Below are positions 27,825 through 36,911 of a stretch of 64,000 nt of DNA, piece by piece. Location of the stretch: positions 105,511 through 169,510 of the forward strand of contig JBBTYL010000002.1 in NCBI GenBank assembly GCA_038061795.1, in the 5' to 3' direction. Made by a program: the position numbers and the translations under genes. This DNA comes from Patescibacteria group bacterium. Its GTDB lineage: Bacteria; Patescibacteriota; Minisyncoccia; Phycocordibacterales; PALSA-1337. The notes beneath the pieces were generated by a model. That model had not been told where the DNA came from and did no database searches. It was given only the letters and a program-made list of their open reading frames with translations. Positions within the stretch are counted from its first letter, which is position 1; each line of letters starts with the position of its first letter.

Positions 27825-28730
27825 TTAAATTGTGGTTGTCGTGCTTGCTGTCGTCGTTGCCGTACTTGTGGCTGTTCCGTTTCCCTTGCCTCGACTCATT
27901 TTTTTTGCAATCGCTCCAACAACCTTTTTAAAAGCATCTCGTGCATCCTTTACTGCCCTGATAGCGGCATCGCCGACCTGGCGAGGCTTCGTTAATTCGA
28001 TTTCGGCTGTCGTCGAAGCTTCTGCGGCTGCTGATGTATTTCCTGTTGAGATATTGAGTGTACCGAGTGCATCAACAGCAATTCTTGCGTCTGCAAGTTT
28101 CTTGTCTGCGATGATGAGCTGCGCTTTTGCTTCAGTCATATCTCGGCCTTCAGTTTCAACCTTTATAATCCTCTCATTTATTCGTCCTCGGATATTGAGG
28201 AGATTCTCGAGGGCGAAATTCAAGTGTTCAACCAAAGCGCCTTTTCGTATTTCAAATGCGTCTTTTCGCATTTTTTCCATAATGTCCTTTCGGTCATCTT
28301 TGAATTTTTTGAACATTTCTGTTGTAGATGCTCGAAGTTCTTTTCGATCATCCCTCCTATCTTCTCTCTTGTCCTCGATGCAATCACGCCTTAGCCCGGG
28401 AGTCGTAGATGAAACTAGAATGTTTTTACAATCATCATCGCTATCGTCATCACTTTCATCGTCATCATTCTCTCTGAAATTTTTTCTTAATTCACCTATT
28501 GCATTTGTCGTAGATGCCCGAAGCTCCTTCCGATTGTCGTCGAAGTCTTTTCTAAGCCCCCTGAGATCATCAGATTTTTCATTTCTGATTTCGCTGTTTT
28601 TCTCAAATCGAGCCTCCGCTCTCTCTTTGAGCGGATTTGACGAACCGCTTTCTGCGAGTGCGGTAAGCGCGATGGAGGAAATGGCGATGGCACAAGCCAA
28701 AACCAGTGTTTTTGTTATAGATAATTTCAT
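27825..28730 (-). CDS. Secreted, highly charged helical repeat protein, unknown function
   Basis: Clear signal peptide (MKLSITKTLVLACAIAISSIALTALA). Internal duplication (NRKELRASTTNAIGELRKNF and DRKELRASTTEMFKKFKDD). A poly-acidic run (DDDESDDDSDDD) and a Thr/Ser-rich tail. Chosen over the equally long plus-strand ORF 27832..28743. Confidence 0.6.
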   Translation of the reverse strand: MKLSITKTLVLACAIAISSIALTALAESGSSNPLKERAEARFEKNSEIRNEKSDDLRGLRKDFDDNRKELRASTTNAIGELRKNFRENDDDESDDDSDDDCKNILVSSTTPGLRRDCIEDKREDRRDDRKELRASTTEMFKKFKDDRKDIMEKMRKDAFEIRKGALVEHLNFALENLLNIRGRINERIIKVETEGRDMTEAKAQLIIADKKLADARIAVDALGTLNISTGNTSAAAEASTTAEIELTKPRQVGDAAIRAVKDARDAFKKVVGAIAKKMSRGKGNGTATSTATTTASTTTTI

Positions 28731-28805
28731 TTTTGTTGGTTGATTAACGATTAAAAGGCAAATCTAAAAAGATTATGGACCTTGTAACCATTATATCACA
28801 GGAAA

Positions 28806-29945
28806 TTATTCCTCCTTCGGTTCGACGATTTCAGCAATAGGTGTTGACTGAATGTCAATCTTCCAACCGGTGAGTTTTGCCGCAAGACGCACGTTTTGGC
28901 CTCCTTTTCCGATTGCGAGCGACTGCTGATCCTCTGAAACATGCACTATTGCGCGCTTTTCCTCGTTATTTAGGTCAATTCTGATGATTTTTGCGGGAGA
29001 GAGTGATTCCTGGATGAATGTCGCCGGATCCTCGTTCCATTGTATGATATCGATCTTTTCACCTGCTAGTTCGCTCATAACCGTTGAAACTCGTACTCCT
29101 CGCTGCCCGACAAGCGATCCGATGGGGTCAATGTGGCTGTCTGTAGAGTGAACAGCGATCTTTGAACGAGCGCCTGCTTCACGAGCGATAGCCTTTACTT
29201 CTACAGTTCCTTGTGCGATTTCTGGTGCTTCTATCTCAAAAAGCTTGGCCAGGAACTTAGGATGTGATCGGGAAAGCTTCAAAATGATGCCTTTTGGCGT
29301 TTCCTCTACAGCATAAAGGTACGCTCGGATTCGTTCTCCTTGCTTGTAGCGCTCGCTTGGAATCTGCTCTTCGTAACCGATCATTCCCACAGCACGGCCC
29401 ATATCGACGAAAATAGCCCCTCGCTCTATTCTTTGTACCGTTCCAGAGACGATTTCTCCTTCTTTCTGGCCATATTCGCTCAAAACTGAGGTTTTTTCAG
29501 CTTCTCGGATCTTCTGGATGATGACCTGCTTGGCCGTTTGAGCTGCAATTCGTCCGTAATCTCCCTTTTCTTCGAGAGGGAAGATGATTTCATCGTCTAC
29601 CGCAGCGCCTTTCTTTATTTTTTTCGCATCAGCAAGGAGAATATGGTGTTCAGGGTTGAATCGTACTCGGATGTTTTCTTCAGCCATATTAGCGATATCC
29701 TGCTCATCCTCCTCGTCTTCCATGATGACCTTTGATTCGTCAACGACGATTTTCACCTGGTAAAACTCAACTTTTCCGGAGTTATTGTCAAAAACAGCTC
29801 GAACGATCTGGCCCTTCTTGCCGTATTCCTTCTTGTAAGCCGTTGCGAGAGCAAGCTCAATAGCTTCCAACATCTTTTCCTTTGGAATTCCTCGCTCATC
29901 CTCAAGCTGCTGAAGCACTGAATGTATTACTTTAAGATCAAACAT
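28806..29945 (-). CDS. nusA: Transcription termination/antitermination factor NusA
   Basis: N-terminal domain, S1 domain (GEIVSGTVQRIERGAIFVDMG), two KH domains (GPIGSLVGQRGVRV; AIGKGGQNVRLAAKLTGWKIDI). Confidence 0.9.
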   Translation of the reverse strand: MFDLKVIHSVLQQLEDERGIPKEKMLEAIELALATAYKKEYGKKGQIVRAVFDNNSGKVEFYQVKIVVDESKVIMEDEEDEQDIANMAEENIRVRFNPEHHILLADAKKIKKGAAVDDEIIFPLEEKGDYGRIAAQTAKQVIIQKIREAEKTSVLSEYGQKEGEIVSGTVQRIERGAIFVDMGRAVGMIGYEEQIPSERYKQGERIRAYLYAVEETPKGIILKLSRSHPKFLAKLFEIEAPEIAQGTVEVKAIAREAGARSKIAVHSTDSHIDPIGSLVGQRGVRVSTVMSELAGEKIDIIQWNEDPATFIQESLSPAKIIRIDLNNEEKRAIVHVSEDQQSLAIGKGGQNVRLAAKLTGWKIDIQSTPIAEIVEPKEE

Positions 29946-30080
29946 ATGTGATTTTTATGAATTTTTTTAAAAAAAGAGCTCGCCTCGCAGCGAACCTCAG
30001 TTGAAAAGAGTATACCACAATGCATACATATCCACAAGTGGAGATGGAGTTAGCATGATAATAGTAGTATTATTGTATGT

Positions 30081-31217
30081 ATGAATCATAATAAACTATT
30101 TTTATTTTTGGTTTTATTCATTTCTTTCTTCATCATAGGTTCAAAAGCGCAGGCTGGCACAACTCCACTCAAGGGATGGGCATGGTCTGATGGAACCGGA
30201 TGGCTTAGTTTTAGTTCTGCAAATCCCGAATTGGGAGCAGGTCCTGCGTATGGCGTGACATTCTCTACGACGACGAACTCAACTGTCGGAAATTTCGGCG
30301 GATATGCGTGGTCTCCGAATATCGGATGGGTAAGCTTTGATGCTACTGACGGAACTCATCCTAGTGCATCTACAGATCTTACAACAGGCTTGGTGACAGG
30401 CTGGGCTCAGGCGATTGCTGGTGCGGGAAGAACTGACGGATGGGATGGATGGATACGTCTTTCAGACACTGGCGATGCCACTCCAAAGTATCCTTCCGGC
30501 TTTGTCGATGGAACAAAGGGAATCACATTCGATCCTGCGACTGGAAATTTCAAGGGATATTCATGGGGAGACACGAACGTCGGATGGCTTGCCTTCAGCT
30601 CAAATGTCGGCGTACCTTTCACTCCGCCAACCTGTGAGCCGAATTGTGGAGGAGTGGAGGATACATCAAGTCTCGATCTAGAAGTGAATGCAAATGGGAC
30701 TGGGTGGTATAGTTCAGCGTCGATTACGGCGAGAGAAGATAATACTGCGACGGTGGTTGTGAGATGGAATCTAGAAAATGTAAGTAATGTACAAATCGTA
30801 AACAACACCGATGGTGTAATTGGTTGGCCAGGAGCGAATCTTAACGATACAGATTATGGAGATGGAGATTTTTCAATAGATGATCAAACATCTGTTACTT
30901 TCTCAAATATTACTTCTACCATCGTAAAAAAGCTGAGACTTATGTATACAGATAACACTGATGCTGATCGCTATGCAGAAGTTTCTGTTACAATTTATCC
31001 TTATGGTATACCACCAGTCATCAACTGTCCTACACCTACGAATGCGCAGCTATGCTCAGGTTCATCGTATGCCGAGAGTGTGCCTTCAGTGCTTAGAGTA
31101 AATGCCGGACTATGTACTTCAGTAACAACTCCGCTTTCTTGTGAGTTCTATTGCCCTCAAGGATTTAAAATTGTTGGTAGTGTTTGCCGACGATCGGGAA
31201 CTCTAATTGAAAGATAA
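30081..31217 (+). CDS. Secreted protein with G-[WY]-[AS]-W-[SG]...GW-[ILV]-[SA]-F repeats and a Cys-rich C-terminus
   Basis: Signal peptide ending AQA. Motif copies GWAWSDGTGWLSF, GYAWSPNIGWVSF and GYSWGDTNVGWLAF, plus a degenerate TGWAQ...GWDGWIRL copy. The C-terminal region has 8 Cys. TATTAT (30068-73) lies 7 nt upstream of the ATG. Confidence 0.7.
   Translation: MNHNKLFLFLVLFISFFIIGSKAQAGTTPLKGWAWSDGTGWLSFSSANPELGAGPAYGVTFSTTTNSTVGNFGGYAWSPNIGWVSFDATDGTHPSASTDLTTGLVTGWAQAIAGAGRTDGWDGWIRLSDTGDATPKYPSGFVDGTKGITFDPATGNFKGYSWGDTNVGWLAFSSNVGVPFTPPTCEPNCGGVEDTSSLDLEVNANGTGWYSSASITAREDNTATVVVRWNLENVSNVQIVNNTDGVIGWPGANLNDTDYGDGDFSIDDQTSVTFSNITSTIVKKLRLMYTDNTDADRYAEVSVTIYPYGIPPVINCPTPTNAQLCSGSSYAESVPSVLRVNAGLCTSVTTPLSCEFYCPQGFKIVGSVCRRSGTLIER
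30174..30596 (+). repeat. Protein-level tandem Trp/Gly motif repeats (3 clear copies plus 1 degenerate)
   Basis: Copies lie at aa 32-44, 74-86 and 159-172, with a degenerate copy around aa 106-126 of the 378-aa product. Confidence 0.6.
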
Positions 31218-31288
31218 TAAAGTGATGCTATAAAAAGAGATTAGGCGCGTCGCTGTGAAGCAACACGCCTTTTCTTGTGGAAGTTTTT

Positions 31289-31981
31289 TCACTTCCTTTT
31301 CTTCAAAGTACGAAGACCGATCAATCCAAGCAGCAGAATCGCGGTGCTTGAAGGTTCGGGAACACCGAAGTTGATTCTGCTGGAAGCGTTTTCTCCAAAG
31401 AGCGTGTAGGTGACTTCCTGGTATGTAAAATCTGACCAGGATTCCAACGCTTCGTTCAGTGGAGTATTTCCTACATCAATTACGAGTCCGGCACCAGCCA
31501 TATAAACGGCATGGACCAGCGCATTTGCGTTGCCGGAAGAGTATGTAATATCGTCACTTGTTCCCAGGATATTGTCTGGACCCTTGTTGATGCCATATCC
31601 AGTATTGTATCCGCTGAAAGTCCGATCGTATTGGGAAAGGCTCGGATTCACAGTGGAATACCGAATCTGCGAAAGAGAGAAGGCGGTGTCGCTTACAACA
31701 GCAAAAGCATAGCGGAGTCCGCTTCCTGTAGTGCCGTAATTGAATACCGATTGCAGCGGAATGGTGGAATTGTTCGCGACAGGAGTCCAATTTCCGCTGG
31801 CTGGATTGTTGTGTTCCATTGAACCTGCAATGCTGTAATAAGTGGCGGATGAAGCTGGCTGACTAACAATGCCAGCTTGCACCTGAAACCGAAGTGTTCC
31901 CTGCGCCCACGAAGTGGCCGCGAGGAATGTAACGAACAGGGCAACGACAAGCGCCGCCAACCATTTGATTTTGGTCTTCAT
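31289..31981 (-). CDS. Secreted protein with a C-terminal PEP-CTERM-type sorting signal
   Basis: N-terminal signal peptide (MKTKIKWLAALVVALFVTFLAATSWAQG). The C-terminus FGVPEPSSTAILLLGLIGLRTLKKRK has the VPEP motif, a hydrophobic helix and a basic cluster, which is the PEP-CTERM architecture (nt 31292-31369). Confidence 0.75.
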   Translation of the reverse strand: MKTKIKWLAALVVALFVTFLAATSWAQGTLRFQVQAGIVSQPASSATYYSIAGSMEHNNPASGNWTPVANNSTIPLQSVFNYGTTGSGLRYAFAVVSDTAFSLSQIRYSTVNPSLSQYDRTFSGYNTGYGINKGPDNILGTSDDITYSSGNANALVHAVYMAGAGLVIDVGNTPLNEALESWSDFTYQEVTYTLFGENASSRINFGVPEPSSTAILLLGLIGLRTLKKRK

Positions 31982-32125
31982 AGTTTTTTCGAGTAACGGA
32001 CAATTTTGAGTTTGTTGGCTGACCGACGTAGATCAACCGATTTAACTACAGTATACCACTTTATTCAATAAAAGTAAAGCTTTTCACTTTTACACATAAT
32101 TGAGCCCGTAAGACAGCCATTTTTC

Positions 32126-32134
32126 TGATATAAT
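32126..32134 (+). promoter_or_regulatory. Extended -10 promoter (TGATATAAT) for the pilus operon
   Basis: Perfect TGnTATAAT. The track's GTG start at 32136 lies 1 nt after the hexamer and cannot be transcribed from this promoter. The first ATG (32151) would sit on a leader of about 10 nt. Confidence 0.5.
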
Positions 32135-32150
32135 AGTGTTCAACACCCCT

Positions 32151-33899
32151 ATGTTCATCGAAGACTCACAGCTCAATAAATTCATCATCGATTCTAATCT
32201 CGTATCGAAGGCGGACCTTGAAATTGCGCAAAAGGAAGCTGATAAAAAAGGCGTACGAATAGGGGAAATACTCGTCAGCACAGGGAAGATTACGGAAGAC
32301 AATCTCCGAAGGATGCAGGCATACGTGCTCGGTATACCGTTCGTCGACCTTAAGACCAAAAAAATCCCTTTTGAAACACTCTCGCTCATACCTGAACCGG
32401 TAGCCCGAACTCACAACGTCGTCGCTTTCCAGAAGAGCGAGGAAACGCTCGAAGTCGCCATGCTAGATGTCGAGGACCTTTCAGCTATTGATTTCATAAA
32501 AAAGAAGGTTAATTTGAAAATTCTTCCGCGTCTCACTGATGTCGAATCAATGAAAAGCGCTATCATCCAGTATCAAAAAACACTTAAAGCCGAGTTCGGA
32601 GATATCATTCAGAAGGAATCAGAAACGCTCAAGACCATCGCTGAAGAATCAGGAGAGCCGGCTACGGAAGAGGATTTGAAGAAGATTGCGCAGGATCTCC
32701 CGGTAGTACGCATCGTGGACACACTGCTCAAGCACGCAATTCTCCAGGATGCATCTGATATCCATATCGAGCCGATGGATGACCAGCTTCTCGTCCGTTA
32801 CCGCATCGATGGGCTTCTTCACGATGCCATGGTGCTTCCAAAGAACGCAGAGCCTTCTATTACAGCCCGTATCAAGGTGCTTTCGAACCTCAAGCTCGAT
32901 GAGAAGCGACTACCTCAGGACGGACGATTCAAGATCGAGATGAATAACGAAAAAGTTTCATTCCGAGTCTCGATGCTTCCGACATACTATGGAGAAAAGA
33001 CCGTGATGCGTCTCCTTCGGGAGAGCGTTTCAGGATTCACTTTGGAATACCTCGGCTTCCATGGTGAAGGACTTGAGAGGATTCACAACGCAAGCAAGCT
33101 TACGACAGGAATGATCCTTACAACAGGCCCGACCGGTTCTGGAAAGACAACAACCCTCTACACTATTCTTGATATTTTGAATCAGCCTGATGTGAACATT
33201 TCTACGATTGAAGATCCGGTGGAGTATCAGATGAAAAGGATCAATCAGACGCAGGTGAAGCCCGAGATCGGATTTACTTTTGCTTCTGGATTGAGAACTC
33301 TCGTGCGACAGGATCCAGACATCATCATGGTGGGAGAGATCCGAGACAACGAGACAGCATCTCTCGCCGTGAATGCATCGCTGACTGGGCACCTCGTGCT
33401 TTCAACGCTCCATACGAACAGCGCTGCCGGAGCGATTCCACGGCTTCTCGATATGAAGATCGAACCGTTCCTTCTCGTTTCAACTATCAACATCATCATT
33501 GCCCAGCGTCTCGTGAGAAAGCTTTCAGAGAATAAAGAGAAATACCTTCTAACGAAGGCAGAGCTCGCTTCTCTTGGAAAGACCGTGGATCTCGATCGTG
33601 TGCTCGAGCTCCTCAAGGCTGAGAAGATTGTGAAGGCTGGAGATACATGGGAAAAGATCCCGTTCTTCAAGCCAGTAGCATCGAAGGAAGACGACGGCTA
33701 CAAAGGCAGAGTCGGTATTCATGAGGTGCTCAAGGTGACGCAGACGATCAAGGAGCTTATCATCAAGGGCGCGACAAGCGGAGAGATAGAAACGCAGGCA
33801 AAGAAAGAGGGCATGACGACAATGATTGAAGACGGAATCTACAATGCCGCGAAGGGAGATACGACTATAGAGGAAGTGCTTCGCGTTGTCTCCGAATAG
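32151..33899 (+). CDS. pilB: Type IV pilus / type II secretion assembly ATPase (PilB/GspE family)
   Basis: N-terminal GSPII_E_N-like domain, Walker A GPTGSGKTTTLY, Asp box, Walker B IIMVGEIRD, His box LTGHLVLSTLHTN. Confidence 0.9.
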   Translation: MFIEDSQLNKFIIDSNLVSKADLEIAQKEADKKGVRIGEILVSTGKITEDNLRRMQAYVLGIPFVDLKTKKIPFETLSLIPEPVARTHNVVAFQKSEETLEVAMLDVEDLSAIDFIKKKVNLKILPRLTDVESMKSAIIQYQKTLKAEFGDIIQKESETLKTIAEESGEPATEEDLKKIAQDLPVVRIVDTLLKHAILQDASDIHIEPMDDQLLVRYRIDGLLHDAMVLPKNAEPSITARIKVLSNLKLDEKRLPQDGRFKIEMNNEKVSFRVSMLPTYYGEKTVMRLLRESVSGFTLEYLGFHGEGLERIHNASKLTTGMILTTGPTGSGKTTTLYTILDILNQPDVNISTIEDPVEYQMKRINQTQVKPEIGFTFASGLRTLVRQDPDIIMVGEIRDNETASLAVNASLTGHLVLSTLHTNSAAGAIPRLLDMKIEPFLLVSTINIIIAQRLVRKLSENKEKYLLTKAELASLGKTVDLDRVLELLKAEKIVKAGDTWEKIPFFKPVASKEDDGYKGRVGIHEVLKVTQTIKELIIKGATSGEIETQAKKEGMTTMIEDGIYNAAKGDTTIEEVLRVVSE

Positions 33900-33916
33900 C
33901 TTTAAAAATAATTTTC

Positions 33917-35140
33917 ATGTCACATTTCATTTACAAAGCAAAGAAGCCGACTGGCGAAATATATAAAAGCGAAAAGGATGCGCAGGACCGCTACGAGCTT
34001 TATCGTATGATAAAGGAGAGCGGAGAAGAAGTCGTCGATGTCCAGGAAAAAGGCGCTGCGGGCTCTTTCTTCAAGATGCCTTCGCTTACCTTTTCTTTTC
34101 TCAATAACGTAAAGACGCAGGAGAAGATAAACTTTGCGCGAAATCTTGGATCCATGATCACTGCCGGGCTTGCTATGTCCCGCGCCCTTTCCGTCATGGA
34201 GCGTCAGACGAAGAACAAGGCGATGAAGAATATCCTCATTTCCTTACAGAAGGATGTGAGCGAGGGAAAGACATTGAGCACTGCAATGAGCAGCTACAAG
34301 AACGTCTTTTCCCCGCTGTTCATATCGATGGTTGCTGCGGGAGAGCAGAGCGGAAATCTCGCCGAGTCCCTCAAGATTGTCGGGCTCCAGATGGACAAGA
34401 ACTACGCGCTTCAGAGAAGGGTAAAAGGCGCCATGATGTATCCGAGCGTCATTCTCATTGCCATGGTCCTCATCGCCATCCTCATGCTTACCTATATCGT
34501 GCCGACGCTCATGAAGACGTTCACTGAACTCAAGCTGGATCTTCCTTTGTCTACGAAATTCGTGCTCTACACAAGCAATACGATACGTGACCACGGACTT
34601 GTCGTCTTTCTAGCCACCGCGGTGATTATCGGCGCACTCATCGTCTGGTCAAAGCGCGCAAGCGGAAAGAATGTCATCCATTATGCAATCCTCAAGATTC
34701 CAGTCATCGGAGGAATAATAAAGGAGGTGAATGCCGCGCGAACGGCGCGAACGCTCTCCTCGCTTCTCAATTCTGGCGTCGATGTCGTCGAATCGGTTCG
34801 CATAACGATGGACGTCATTCAGAATGTCCATTACAAGGATATTCTCAGAAGGGCAGGCGAGGCGATAAAGAAAGGAGATCCGATCTCGAAGATCTTCACG
34901 GAGAACGAGAAGCTTTACCCGCTTTTCCTCGGGGAGATGATGAATGTCGGGGAAGAGACCGGAAAAATCGGGGAGATGCTCATGGGGGTGGCGGTCTTTT
35001 ATGAGGATGATGTCGAGCAGAAGACGAAGGATATGTCGACCATCATCGAGCCGTTCCTCATGGTTTTCATCGGCGCGGCGGTCGGCTTCTTCGCTGTGGC
35101 GATGATTTCCCCAATGTATTCACTTGTAAATGTCATTTAG
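33917..35140 (+). CDS. pilC: Type IV pilus platform protein (PilC/GspF family)
   Basis: 407 aa. Duplicated GspF domain with 3 transmembrane spans. Motifs GLAMSRALSVM and the C-terminal PMYSLVNVI-type ending. Confidence 0.9.
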   Translation: MSHFIYKAKKPTGEIYKSEKDAQDRYELYRMIKESGEEVVDVQEKGAAGSFFKMPSLTFSFLNNVKTQEKINFARNLGSMITAGLAMSRALSVMERQTKNKAMKNILISLQKDVSEGKTLSTAMSSYKNVFSPLFISMVAAGEQSGNLAESLKIVGLQMDKNYALQRRVKGAMMYPSVILIAMVLIAILMLTYIVPTLMKTFTELKLDLPLSTKFVLYTSNTIRDHGLVVFLATAVIIGALIVWSKRASGKNVIHYAILKIPVIGGIIKEVNAARTARTLSSLLNSGVDVVESVRITMDVIQNVHYKDILRRAGEAIKKGDPISKIFTENEKLYPLFLGEMMNVGEETGKIGEMLMGVAVFYEDDVEQKTKDMSTIIEPFLMVFIGAAVGFFAVAMISPMYSLVNVI

Positions 35141-36908
35141 AAACAAAATAAAGCAAAATGGAAACAGGGCTTTTACCCTAGTCGAGACATTGGTAGGTGT
35201 CGCTGTTTTTCTCATAATCGCCACAGCCACTTATCAGGCATATGTCAGCCTTTTCGCTTTGATCAATCAGAACCAGTACAAGATACTCGGGCTCAATCTT
35301 GCAAACGAGCAGTTTGAGATTATCAGAAATCTCACATATTCCGATGTGGGAGTTCAAGGAGGGCTTCCGAACGGAAAAATTCCCCATGAGCAGACGCTGA
35401 CCAGGGGAGGAGTCGTTTTTAGTGTAACGATAACCATAAGAAACGTCGACCTTCCATTTGACGGTACCATAGGCGGTTCTCCGAATGACCTTTCTCCGGC
35501 AGACAACAAGCTCGTGGAGCTCGAGATAGATTGCCTTTCGTGCAATTCCTTTGCGCCTCTTTTCCTGACGACGACTGTCGCGCCGAAAGCTCTTGAGACA
35601 TCTTCATCGAATGGAGCGCTTTTCATCAGGGTGTTCGATGCAAACGGGGTAGCGGTCACCGACGCTGACGTGCATATAGTCAATACGCAGGCGAATCCTG
35701 ATATCATCATCGACGACGTGACCGATGCTGGCGGCATGCTTCAGATAATCGATGCGCCGCCGGGAGTCGAGGCTTACGAAATCACCGTCACAAAAGCGGG
35801 ATACTCGACAGCCCGCACCTACTCTCAGGCAGAGCTCAATCCATCAATTCCTAGCACCCCACACGCAACGGTGGTAGTTCAAAGTGTGACCTCGATCAGT
35901 TTTGCCATAGATCAATTGGCTTCGCTCGCCATTTCAAGCGTTGATCCATTTTGCGCCCCGGTCGGAAATTTTAATTTTTCTCTAAGAGGCACAAAAAATA
36001 TCGCTGCGAGCCCCGATGTCTCCAAGTATTATCAGAATCTTGCGACAAATGGTTCCGGACTGCTTAATCTTAATTCAATGGAATGGGGAACATACTTCTT
36101 TACTCCGACTGATACTGCTTATGATGTCGCCGGTTTCAATCCGCTCAATCCTGTCGCACTGAATCCAGGAGCCGCGCAGGAAAGTCAGATCATAATCGTA
36201 CCGCAAACCTCAGTCGGCTTATTGGTAACCGTGAAGGATTCTACCACTCAATTGCCTGTAGCAGACGCGGCCGTGACTCTTTCCAAGATCGGATATGACG
36301 AAACTAAGACAACTGGAAAGGGCTATATCATTCAAAGCGATTGGTCTGGAGCAGGTGGTTATACTGAAGAAATAGGGACGGACGAAACGGATCCTGTCGG
36401 GGAAATAAAATTGAAAAAAGTCTTTGGCTTGTACAACCCAGATGGCATTCTCATGTCCTCAACCATTGATACCGGCTCGGCAAGCAACTTTTATAATCTG
36501 ATCTGGGCGCCGTCAGGGGTTCCAGCGTCGACGACGCTCAAGTTCCAAATAGCGACAGCAACGACAACCTCTCCTGTTTCGTGGCAATTTCTCGGACCAG
36601 ACGGCACGCCAGCGACCTATTACGTTATTTCGGATTCCCCAATCAATGCTATTCATAATGGGGACCGGTACTTGCGCTACAAGGCATTTTTGCATACGGA
36701 TGACGGCTTAATAACTCCGAATATATCCGATGTTGCGTTTACCTTCACTTCATCCTGTACTCCCCCTGGCCAGGTTTTTTTCCAAGGAATCACGACAGAC
36801 AACTATGAGCTTGAGATTTCAAGAGCGGGGTACGATACGCAGAACATTTCGATTTCAATTGGCAGCGGGTGGCAGAATCAGGAAGTCATATTGCAAGCTT
36901 CTCCATAA
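35130..36908 (+). CDS. Giant pilin-like protein: class III (prepilin) signal plus repeated carboxypeptidase-regulatory-like beta domains
   Basis: The N-terminus NRAFTLVETLVGVAVFLIIATATYQAY is a prepilin-type signal with Glu at +5. It is followed by about 550 aa containing repeats such as VRVFDANGVAVTDADVHIVN...ITVTKAGYST, LLVTVKDSTTQLPVADAAVTLSKIGYD and YELEISRAGYDT. Overlaps pilC by 11 nt. Confidence 0.75.
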   Translation: MSFRNKIKQNGNRAFTLVETLVGVAVFLIIATATYQAYVSLFALINQNQYKILGLNLANEQFEIIRNLTYSDVGVQGGLPNGKIPHEQTLTRGGVVFSVTITIRNVDLPFDGTIGGSPNDLSPADNKLVELEIDCLSCNSFAPLFLTTTVAPKALETSSSNGALFIRVFDANGVAVTDADVHIVNTQANPDIIIDDVTDAGGMLQIIDAPPGVEAYEITVTKAGYSTARTYSQAELNPSIPSTPHATVVVQSVTSISFAIDQLASLAISSVDPFCAPVGNFNFSLRGTKNIAASPDVSKYYQNLATNGSGLLNLNSMEWGTYFFTPTDTAYDVAGFNPLNPVALNPGAAQESQIIIVPQTSVGLLVTVKDSTTQLPVADAAVTLSKIGYDETKTTGKGYIIQSDWSGAGGYTEEIGTDETDPVGEIKLKKVFGLYNPDGILMSSTIDTGSASNFYNLIWAPSGVPASTTLKFQIATATTTSPVSWQFLGPDGTPATYYVISDSPINAIHNGDRYLRYKAFLHTDDGLITPNISDVAFTFTSSCTPPGQVFFQGITTDNYELEISRAGYDTQNISISIGSGWQNQEVILQASP

Positions 36909-36911
36909 TAT

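Noticed and set aside
27832-28743. 303-aa plus-strand ORF fully overlapping the 301-aa minus-strand gene
   Set aside because: The product is Ser/Ala/Phe low-complexity with no signal logic. The minus-strand frame has a clean signal peptide and internal protein repeats. Absence of antisense stops is explained by the charged-residue codon usage.
31289-31981. Treating the PEP-CTERM gene as a recent horizontal acquisition
   Set aside because: GC content sampled in two 60-nt stretches (about 47-48%) is within the range of neighbouring genes. No flanking repeats, tRNA or integrase are present.
32136-32150. GTG start for pilB given by the ORF track
   Set aside because: It lies 1 nt after the TATAAT hexamer (32129-32134) of the only plausible promoter, so it would not be on the transcript. 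The ATG at 32151 is used instead.
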